Part shown: positions 1-6,987 of the stretch, piece after piece
Numbering within the stretch: position 1 is the stretch's first letter
Layout of the letters: every line of letters starts with the position of its first letter
IMG/VR virus record: IMGVR_UViG_3300020413_000050
Coordinates: 1 to 29,602 of that record
Reading direction: 5' to 3' (one strand)
Origin: a virus
Taxonomy: Duplodnaviria > Caudoviricetes
Length of the DNA stretch: 29,602 nucleotides
Position numbers and translations under genes: made by a program
Notes under the pieces: model-generated
What the model was told of the DNA's origin: nothing
Databases searched by the model: none
The model's input: only the letters and a program-made list of their open reading frames with translations

Positions 1-49
1 GTGTATTTGCTTTTTTTAGATTCGGATTACCAAGATAAATTTCACTCAT
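1..49 (-). CDS. gp17: Terminase large subunit gp17, N-terminal fragment (runs off the window edge)
   Basis: Minus-strand ATG at 49 reads MSEIYLGNPNLKKANT, the N-terminus typical of cyanomyovirus gp17. It lies downstream of gp16. Not in the ORF track because it is truncated. Confidence 0.88.
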   Translation of the reverse strand, partial: MSEIYLGNPNLKKANT

Positions 50-56
50 GACAAAT

Positions 57-767
57 TTAGGTTTCTTGACCAGCAAATAGCATAGGTTGCGTTGGGTCTC
101 TCATTGATGGATTGAAGTACATTACGATTGCAGTTGGATATACCTTTTGAACTTCTGCTGTTATTTCTGCCTTAGTTGGTCTCTTAAATGATGGGAAGAA
201 CATTTGTGAATTAATTAGTTTTCCTCTCCAACTAATTACCATGCTATAAGTTTTACCTCTTTCTTGAATACGAAGATATGATTCATAAGTAAATGTTTTA
301 CCTTTTACACGAGTATCCATTTCACCAGTTCTGCCTGGTCTCATTTTTCCAATCGGTATATTTCTTTTTGGTAGTGCACCTTTACGAGTTCTTTTTAATG
401 TGGCACCTCCACCACCTTTTGTTTGTGTGATAACTGCATCCTGATCATATTTTTTACCAAGTGCTTTAACTGCTTTTTTGAACTTTCTCTTTCCCATCTT
501 ACCAGATGTAACAACATGAGATCTTTCTTTAACTTTAGTCACTTCACCAGTTTTTTTATCCTTTTCATCATATCTACCAGTCACCTTAGTTGCACCAGGT
601 AAACCTTTACCACGAATATCTTTATCTAATTGTTTTGCTCTTGCCTTATTTTCTTTTGCAGACTTATCACCACGACTTCCAGAAATAACAGCCATACCAC
701 CTTTATCAGACTTACTCTTTAATCTTGTAAGACTGCTTTCATTTATAAATTCTTTGAATGTCTTCAT
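57..767 (-). CDS. Putative packaged internal head protein: capsid-targeting-like N-terminus, T3 SAM-lyase-like domain (aa ~24-162) and an uncharacterised C-terminal domain
   Basis: N-terminus MKTFKEFINE resembles the T4 internal-protein targeting sequence MKTYQEFIAE. Motifs ISGSR..EN..R..TGRYDE..KERS..YDQDAVI follow the T3 SAMase motif order (recalled). ATGA overlap with the gp16 stop, GAGG Shine-Dalgarno and an upstream CTAAATA support a real gene. Confidence 0.6.
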   Translation of the reverse strand: MKTFKEFINESSLTRLKSKSDKGGMAVISGSRGDKSAKENKARAKQLDKDIRGKGLPGATKVTGRYDEKDKKTGEVTKVKERSHVVTSGKMGKRKFKKAVKALGKKYDQDAVITQTKGGGGATLKRTRKGALPKRNIPIGKMRPGRTGEMDTRVKGKTFTYESYLRIQERGKTYSMVISWRGKLINSQMFFPSFKRPTKAEITAEVQKVYPTAIVMYFNPSMRDPTQPMLFAGQET

Positions 768-1183
768 TCTTCCTCGTTCTCCACCTTATTATTTAGAACT
801 CCGTTTTTCAATAACTTTGATAAATCTGAAGTTGATCCTACAAATAATGCATTGTTAACTGTTTTTGGTGAATCTTTTTCTTCTTTCTTTAATTCCTTCA
901 TTTTTGATTGAAGATCAATCAACTTGTCAGTTGTATCTCCAACACTTTTAATTATTTGTCCTGCAACTTCATATGCTCTGGGGTGATCACTTCCTTGTGC
1001 TACTTCTAAAATGCCATTGAGTGCTTCTTGTCCCTTTTCAATTAAAGAATACAAGTTCCCTCTTGAATACTCATAGTCAAGAGTCGAATCTTCTTTCTTT
1101 TCTACTTTTTCAATTTTATTATTTTTTGGTGCATCAACTGGTTCAACATCCAAAAATTCATCTATTTCATCAAACTTACTCAT
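764..1183 (-). CDS. gp16: Terminase small subunit gp16
   Basis: DYEYSRGNLYSLIEKGQEAL..A..SDHPRAYEV and NNALFVGSTSDL motifs of T4-like gp16; sits between gp15 and gp17. Confidence 0.95.
   Translation of the reverse strand: MSKFDEIDEFLDVEPVDAPKNNKIEKVEKKEDSTLDYEYSRGNLYSLIEKGQEALNGILEVAQGSDHPRAYEVAGQIIKSVGDTTDKLIDLQSKMKELKKEEKDSPKTVNNALFVGSTSDLSKLLKNGVLNNKVENEEE
790..796 (-). promoter_or_regulatory. Candidate T4-type late promoter variant (CTAAATA) for the 236-aa gene and gp17
   Basis: Plus-strand tatttag inside the gp16 3' end, about 22 nt upstream of the ATG at 767. Confidence 0.5.
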
Positions 1184-2232
1184 ACATCAACTCCTTTTGT
1201 AGGACTGTAAGTTCTAAAGTCTGGTAAATCAAACCTTTGCTCACTAAATCCAAAATCATCACCAAGTTCAACAAGTGCATCATCTTGAGCATTAACAGCG
1301 TCAATTGTATCACCATTTACATGAGTATCTATAGTTGTTCCATCTTCACCACGCCTTACTGTGATATTATTTCCACTAATTTCTTTAATAAACATCAATT
1401 CATCACCGATTGCAATGTATGTGTCAAGAACTAAACTTGATGTATCCTGAACTAAGAATTTAATCTGAGTTTTTGTAATATCCTCTCTAAGGGTAGTAAC
1501 TCCATCATCATTGTAATCTTTAAGTGCTCTTGGTTCAGCAACGTATCTCTTTGATCTTGTTGCAGTTCGAGTATTGGTATCTGTATTGTAATCAACTTGA
1601 ACTTTTTTGATTAATCCAGTGCTAGAATCTGAAACAGGGCCGAATAGATAAGTTTTTGCAGTAAATGATAGAGTATGAGTTATAATTCTTTTTTCATCAT
1701 ATCCACTATCATAATTATCATCAAAGTTTACACTTTCTAAAATCATTGGTATATCTCTTTTTTCTCCAATAGATTTGACTAAATCTACTGTTAAATTGAA
1801 AGATGGTTGGAAGAATGGAAGTATCTGTTCAATAATTTGTAAAGAGTCTTCATTATATTGAGTCATTGCATATAATTTAAAACTTAAGTTATAAGGAACT
1901 GGCATGAATACTTTTCTTGCACTCTTCGATCCATCTTTAGTAAATGCTTTAAAAGTTTGCATTGTAGAAACTTTTCTTGCTGGATCATATGATATTCCAT
2001 CCATCTCAAATGATAAACGAGGTAAAGTTATTGCGACTCTCTTTCTTAAATCTGGTTTTTGTTCTAATCTTGCCAAGAATTTTTCTGTTGGGCCATAAGC
2101 AATCGGAACTCTCACAGTTGAAAATGCTGCACCTGCAGCAGTCTGATGTTTGATGTCAATTGTATTGAAAAGTGTACCAAAGGATATAATAGTCCTTCTG
2201 ATTATTTCATGGTAATAATAGGTTCCTAACAT
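1180..2232 (-). CDS. gp15: Tail sheath stabiliser / tail terminator gp15, with a C-terminal inserted module
   Basis: YYYHEIIRRTIISFGTLFN, VPIAYGPTEKFL, TLPRLSFE, PVPYNL, QIIEQILPFFQP motifs; synteny 13-14-15-16. Confidence 0.95.
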   Translation of the reverse strand: MLGTYYYHEIIRRTIISFGTLFNTIDIKHQTAAGAAFSTVRVPIAYGPTEKFLARLEQKPDLRKRVAITLPRLSFEMDGISYDPARKVSTMQTFKAFTKDGSKSARKVFMPVPYNLSFKLYAMTQYNEDSLQIIEQILPFFQPSFNLTVDLVKSIGEKRDIPMILESVNFDDNYDSGYDEKRIITHTLSFTAKTYLFGPVSDSSTGLIKKVQVDYNTDTNTRTATRSKRYVAEPRALKDYNDDGVTTLREDITKTQIKFLVQDTSSLVLDTYIAIGDELMFIKEISGNNITVRRGEDGTTIDTHVNGDTIDAVNAQDDALVELGDDFGFSEQRFDLPDFRTYSPTKGVDV

Positions 2233-2256
2233 ATCTTAAACAGGACTTATCCAAAC

Positions 2257-2263
2257 TATTTAG
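2257..2263 (-). promoter_or_regulatory. Candidate late promoter variant (CTAAATA) upstream of gp15
   Basis: Plus-strand tatttag overlapping the gp14 stop codon, about 24 nt upstream of the gp15 ATG. Confidence 0.55.
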
Positions 2264-3705
2264 AAATCACCGAATGGGTTGTCTTCGGTAAAGTCTATAA
2301 TTGAGTCTGCTTCGGACTCTACTGTAATATTTTCGTTGTAAGTGTCGTACTCATCTTGATCTGATACTGACTTAACGATGTATTGAGAATCTGATCCTAA
2401 CATACTCGTTCCAATACCAACAACTGTTTCTCCTTGTGCAAATCCACTTCCAGAGACATTAGTAACTTTAAGTATTCTATCATCTCTATCCCAACTAGCA
2501 ACAAATGCAGTTGATCCAGTCGAAACACCTTTAACCATTTCTTTAAATATGAAATCTCCTGTAGATAAACCTACTTGAGCTGGAGGTTCGATTGTTATTG
2601 TTGGAGTTGCTGTATATCCAATACCTGCAAAAGAATATCTAATTGAAGCAAGTTCTCCATCAGTGTTGATTATTGCTATTGCCTTAGCTGTAGATCCAAT
2701 TCCAATATTTGTATCCAATCCAACAGCATTAATAGAAACACTTGGGGTATTTGCGTAACTTGCACCTTGATTGAGAATGGTTGGTTTTGATATTGTTCCT
2801 TCAGCAATAATTGCTGTTGCAATACCACCAGTTCCAAAAGCATTTTGACTTCGAATTGTAATCGTTGGTATTGTTGTATAAGCAAAACCAGGATTAGTTA
2901 TTTCAATACGATCTATTGATTGACCAGTCTGTCCACTTCGACTTGTCATAATTGCAACAGCAGTTGCATTAATACCTTGACTCGGTGCTGATGATATACC
3001 AATTAATGGTGGTAAACTGTAACCAGTTCCATCATTTATTAAATCAATCTTGGTAACTGCCTTACCGATGCTAGTATTTCCTGCATTTTTAGATAGAGTG
3101 ACTGATGCTGTTGCAGTCGAAGCAGCAATACCTACCATTGTAATTCTTGTAGTATATCCAAACTCAACTGCTGCCTTATCAACTGCTTCAATACCAGTAT
3201 CAATATTTTCATCAAGAGCATAATCCATCACTTCACAACTTAATGTGTAAACATAAAGATTATTTAATTGATAAAATGGTTTCTTACCTTCAACATATTT
3301 GATTTCAAACATCGTATTATCAAGAGGGAAGTATATTAAATCTCCTTCTTCAGGTCTTGTTGCTAATTGAACCTGACTATCAGAATTTAAAAATGGGCCA
3401 ATAAAGTCCTCATATCTTTCTTTTGATATGACAAACGTTACTGCATCTGTAGTTTGAACTCCAAATTTTTGTAAAATATCTCCATTACCCTCAAATCCTT
3501 GATAATTCAAAAGATATGCTTCCATGCGGTAAGCATCATCAAATGTTGATGCTGTAACTTCTTTTATAATAGTATTTTTATTAACTACTTTTCGAGGAAG
3601 ATAAACAATGTCTTGCCCATAAATTTTTAATTGTTCATTTATAAGGTCTTGGACTAATCTTTGTTCGTTTGTTGATCCTTGAAGGAAGTACGGTGAAAGA
3701 GGCAT
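2260..3705 (-). CDS. gp14: Neck protein gp14 (head completion) with an internal repeat insertion
   Basis: EQRLVQDLINEQLKIYGQDIVYLPR, RPEEGDLIYFP, FEIKYVE..KPFYQL and C-terminal IIDFTEDNPFGDF; synteny. Confidence 0.93.
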   Translation of the reverse strand: MPLSPYFLQGSTNEQRLVQDLINEQLKIYGQDIVYLPRKVVNKNTIIKEVTASTFDDAYRMEAYLLNYQGFEGNGDILQKFGVQTTDAVTFVISKERYEDFIGPFLNSDSQVQLATRPEEGDLIYFPLDNTMFEIKYVEGKKPFYQLNNLYVYTLSCEVMDYALDENIDTGIEAVDKAAVEFGYTTRITMVGIAASTATASVTLSKNAGNTSIGKAVTKIDLINDGTGYSLPPLIGISSAPSQGINATAVAIMTSRSGQTGQSIDRIEITNPGFAYTTIPTITIRSQNAFGTGGIATAIIAEGTISKPTILNQGASYANTPSVSINAVGLDTNIGIGSTAKAIAIINTDGELASIRYSFAGIGYTATPTITIEPPAQVGLSTGDFIFKEMVKGVSTGSTAFVASWDRDDRILKVTNVSGSGFAQGETVVGIGTSMLGSDSQYIVKSVSDQDEYDTYNENITVESEADSIIDFTEDNPFGDF

Positions 3706-3709
3706 AACA

Positions 3710-4525
3710 TTATCCTATCAAATCCAAAGGAGGTAATTCGTATTCTGTTCTTAGTGAGTATTCGATTTCTTCAATTTCTTTTAAGGCATCTTCATATATT
3801 TGTCTTCCATTTAACTGAACTCCACCAGGTAACATTACACCTTGGAATTTAATTAAATTCATTCCCCATTGTTTTTTAATAATTGCTGTTGCATATTTCT
3901 TTAACCAGAAATCATTATAAATTTTACTTGCATCTGCAGGATCTAAAAGTCGATAACCATCAATAATTATGAATGTGTCGTCTGTTAAATCACCAAAATC
4001 GATATCTAGATATAATCTTCCTCTTTTTTTATTAAATCTTATTTGAGTATCTGGTGTAATAATACGACTTAAATCTTCCAGATATGTTTTTGTCATTGTA
4101 TAATTTAAAAGATCAAGTGCACCATAATAGTAAAGATCATTTAAAAATAACTGATATTTTAGATTAAACAAACCACTAGATATAGTGCTTGCATCCATCT
4201 TAAGAACTCTTTCTACACCTAATACATGGTCTGGTAATTGTATAAAATTTTGATCCTCTTCAAAAGTAGTTGTAGTTATACCGACTGTTGATGCTCCTGT
4301 CGTAGTGGTAATTCCAGTTTTTAAAGTTACTTTATTGTCTGCTGTAATTTTATGTTTTAATAACATTCTTTCAACACCATCAAAATGACGTTCTTGAAAG
4401 TATTGAATCGCATCATCAATCAAATCATCAATTTGGTCATCATCCACATTAACTTCCAGCACAGGATATCCTAGTCTTCTTAGACAGTAATCTATCAATC
4501 CTTGCCTGGTGGATGGTTTACTCAT
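3710..4525 (-). CDS. gp13: Neck protein gp13
   Basis: PSTRQGLIDYCLRRLGYPVLEVNV, YNDFWLKKYATA..K.QWG.NL.KF.G..LPGGV.LNG motifs. Confidence 0.95.
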   Translation of the reverse strand: MSKPSTRQGLIDYCLRRLGYPVLEVNVDDDQIDDLIDDAIQYFQERHFDGVERMLLKHKITADNKVTLKTGITTTTGASTVGITTTTFEEDQNFIQLPDHVLGVERVLKMDASTISSGLFNLKYQLFLNDLYYYGALDLLNYTMTKTYLEDLSRIITPDTQIRFNKKRGRLYLDIDFGDLTDDTFIIIDGYRLLDPADASKIYNDFWLKKYATAIIKKQWGMNLIKFQGVMLPGGVQLNGRQIYEDALKEIEEIEYSLRTEYELPPLDLIG

Positions 4526-4698
4526 TTTTTCTCCGTTTTCTTGTCTTCTTCTAATTCAAGCAATTGTTTTTGTAAATCCATGTAATCTTTTGTCATAGAT
4601 TCAATTTTTGCTTCTAATAATATATTTTGATTAACTAGTGTTGATAATTTCTTATGGTAATGATTAATCAAAATATTCACATCAACTTCACTATTCAT
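4522..4698 (-). CDS. Small predicted coiled-coil protein (58 aa, MNSEVDVNILINHYHKKL...)
   Basis: ATG at 4698 lies 4 nt after the upstream gene's stop, and its stop overlaps the gp13 ATG (ATGA). Heptad-like Leu spacing. I prefer this start to the track's 4755 start. Confidence 0.7.
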   Translation of the reverse strand: MNSEVDVNILINHYHKKLSTLVNQNILLEAKIESMTKDYMDLQKQLLELEEDKKTEKK

Positions 4699-4702
4699 AG
4701 TA

Positions 4703-6154
4703 TCAGAATTGACCTCCATCAATTGTTGTTGTCCACTTCGGTATGCCACTGGCATCCGTTGTGAGTATAAAGTTTGAAGTGCTTATACCAGCAGTAGTAC
4801 CAGCAGCACCAACCATTTTACCAGTAGTATCGAAATAAATGATTCCGTTACCAGCTGTAGAATAATCTCCGTTTTGAAAATATATTCCTTTTATATCTAG
4901 GAAACCTTTTGTACCACCTAAAACATTACCAGTAACTGTTGCATCAGGAATATATGTAAATGCCCTTTCAGGTGCATTACTTGCTTCACCTGAACTATCA
5001 TTAAATCCAAAGAATCCAGTTTTATTGTTTGCTACTCCAGTTCCAGTATTGTAATTAAATGTAATACCACGATCAGTATTGGTATCAAAACCATGAGTAA
5101 CTGTTAATTGCGATGTTGTTGATATACCTGCAGTTGTTTGTCCTGTAATGTAAACAGTTGAAACTCCTGCTACAGTTCCATAATATGCGATTGTAGTCGT
5201 ACCAGCACCTGGAAGTCCAGTTCCAGATATAGTATCTCCAGTATTGATACCTACAATTGAATCAAGTGTAATTGCTGATGTTCCAGATCCAACTGTTGTT
5301 AAAACAGTTCTCTTACTTGTTACATCACCAATATTCATTATTGGATCGTTTAATGATGTATTTGTAGAGTTAACAGTAGTTGTAGTTCCATCAACTTGTA
5401 AACTACCTTTGATTATCACCATTCCGTCACTATCCAAACCATCTGGATATGGGTCAATGAATAGTGTATTTCCACCACCAGATCTACTACTAATAACATT
5501 AGATGAAATACCGATGTTATCAATAACTAATCCATCACTCGCACCAGGATTGACTATTTCAACAGGAACACCATTAAACACTATACCTTTACAAGAAGGC
5601 CCTTTGGTTACTTGAATCTTATCTGTTCCATTTTCATCATACTCAATACTTAAATCTTCACTTGCACCGAATGTAAGTTTAGTATCATCATTTATTATTA
5701 CTTGACCAGAACCGTTAGGTACAAAACGAATATCACCGTCAACATTATTAGAAGCTATTGTATTCCCATCAAGAGTAAGATTATCTACGTTCCACTGATT
5801 AACTCTTGGCATATTTGCCACAGCAGCACTGACTTCACCAAAACCTGTAGCACTTCCACCTGGATGTCCTGCATTTTCTCTTTCAAGTATTGGTATGAAT
5901 CCATTTGATAAAGTTCCACTTTCAGCATTTGCACCACCAGCAACTGTACCTGGTGTATTTTGCATCATATCGGTGTAATACTTACCACCAATAACTATCG
6001 GATCTGGATCTGGGTTTGTATTATCTCCAACAAACAGTCTTCCACCTTTATTTCCTTGTGTTCCATTTGCAATCGTGACCGCAAGTTCACCAAAGTTTAT
6101 GGTTGATGGAGCAGAGTTACCAGTCGATCTTTTTACTCGTATTATGCTGGCCAT
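4703..6154 (-). CDS. Fibre-like virion structural protein (483 aa)
   Basis: N-terminal IRVKRS...GELA...LFVGD...IGGKYY head seen in myovirus fibre proteins. Gly/Thr-rich beta repeats (IIKGSLQVDGTTTTVNST, DRGITFNY) and C-terminal IDGGQF. Confidence 0.7.
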   Translation of the reverse strand: MASIIRVKRSTGNSAPSTINFGELAVTIANGTQGNKGGRLFVGDNTNPDPDPIVIGGKYYTDMMQNTPGTVAGGANAESGTLSNGFIPILERENAGHPGGSATGFGEVSAAVANMPRVNQWNVDNLTLDGNTIASNNVDGDIRFVPNGSGQVIINDDTKLTFGASEDLSIEYDENGTDKIQVTKGPSCKGIVFNGVPVEIVNPGASDGLVIDNIGISSNVISSRSGGGNTLFIDPYPDGLDSDGMVIIKGSLQVDGTTTTVNSTNTSLNDPIMNIGDVTSKRTVLTTVGSGTSAITLDSIVGINTGDTISGTGLPGAGTTTIAYYGTVAGVSTVYITGQTTAGISTTSQLTVTHGFDTNTDRGITFNYNTGTGVANNKTGFFGFNDSSGEASNAPERAFTYIPDATVTGNVLGGTKGFLDIKGIYFQNGDYSTAGNGIIYFDTTGKMVGAAGTTAGISTSNFILTTDASGIPKWTTTIDGGQF

Positions 6155-6379
6155 TTAAAAACTTCCCCCATTAATGTTTAAATTTTGTGATGCTCCTGGC
6201 GTTAATTCCAATGTTGCCTCGAATTTGTTTGTTGATGCATTATAAACTAAAACTGAACCGTTTGCTAAACTAGATATATCCACATCAGATAAACCTCCCA
6301 AAGTTCCTCCACTACCTGCAATTGCAGATACGACCTTTGTAGCATTTCTTGATCCGACTCTGACTTGTATATCGGCCAT
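6155..6379 (-). CDS. Small fibre-associated protein (74 aa)
   Basis: LGGLSDVDIS..NGSVLVYN...KF is a common fibre repeat; ends INGGSF; abuts both neighbours. Confidence 0.65.
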   Translation of the reverse strand: MADIQVRVGSRNATKVVSAIAGSGGTLGGLSDVDISSLANGSVLVYNASTNKFEATLELTPGASQNLNINGGSF

Positions 6380-6384
6380 ATTGT

Positions 6385-6723
6385 TTAACCTGTAGTAACT
6401 CCAGCTGTAACGATTGCACTCCCACTAACGATTCTAGTTTTTATTGAACCATCATTCAACAAAATATCATAACTATATCGACCTGCTTTGATGGCAGATG
6501 TCAATGTGGATCCCAAAGATATCTTTATTTGTCCCTGAGTGCGGTTGGGAAAAGATACAACAAAAGTTGCTGTATTATTTAAAGAAGCAGGATGCTTTTT
6601 CAACTTTGAAATGGCAGAGTAACCAGTCAAGTCTAAGGGTGCGTTTGCTACATTTTCCAAATTAAAAATTTGGTCGAAGTCAGCACCAGCATCAATTACT
6701 ATGTTACTAATATATGCTGCCAT
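6385..6723 (-). CDS. Small virion structural protein, probable Ig-like fibre adaptor (BppU-N/LtfC-like)
   Basis: IDAGADF...PLDLTGY...G.I.ISL....T......RY.YD......G...RIVSG...V..GVT pattern; directly downstream of a perfect late promoter. Confidence 0.6.
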   Translation of the reverse strand: MAAYISNIVIDAGADFDQIFNLENVANAPLDLTGYSAISKLKKHPASLNNTATFVVSFPNRTQGQIKISLGSTLTSAIKAGRYSYDILLNDGSIKTRIVSGSAIVTAGVTTG

Positions 6724-6752
6724 TATTTAACTAATTAGGATCTGTCTTGGAA

Positions 6753-6760
6753 TATTTATA
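6753..6760 (-). promoter_or_regulatory. T4-type late promoter TATAAATA
   Basis: Perfect consensus (plus-strand tatttata) in the 39-nt intergenic gap, about 29 nt upstream of the ATG at 6723. Confidence 0.85.
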
Positions 6761-6762
6761 AA

Positions 6763-6987
6763 TCATTTATCCATAATATTTTTAAGAAGAGTTTTTATCT
6801 CATCCATATCCTGTTTTAGAGAATCCAAATCACTACGCATATTGTCAAATTTTACTTTTTCCTCGTATTTTTTACGAGAAAGATTTAAAAATTTATCAAA
6901 TTCTGTTTTGTTTCTACTAACAACTGCATTTGACTCCATATCTCTGACTAAAGAGACATCAGATTCTACTTTTAAGTATTTTTCCAT
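6763..6987 (-). CDS. Small hypothetical protein with a C-terminal coiled coil (74 aa)
   Basis: TAATG coupling to the upstream gene; LVRD..S.AVV N-terminus and MRSDLDSLKQDMDEIKTLL heptads. Confidence 0.75.
   Translation of the reverse strand: MEKYLKVESDVSLVRDMESNAVVSRNKTEFDKFLNLSRKKYEEKVKFDNMRSDLDSLKQDMDEIKTLLKNIMDK

Noticed and set aside
4699-4755. Longer start (77 aa) for the small gene before gp13
   Set aside because: It overlaps the fibre gene by 53 nt. The ATG at 4698 just after the fibre stop fits the operon's tight spacing.
6724-6730. TTAAATA immediately before the ATG at 6723 as a promoter
   Set aside because: Too close to the start codon; the perfect TATAAATA at 6753-6760 explains expression.
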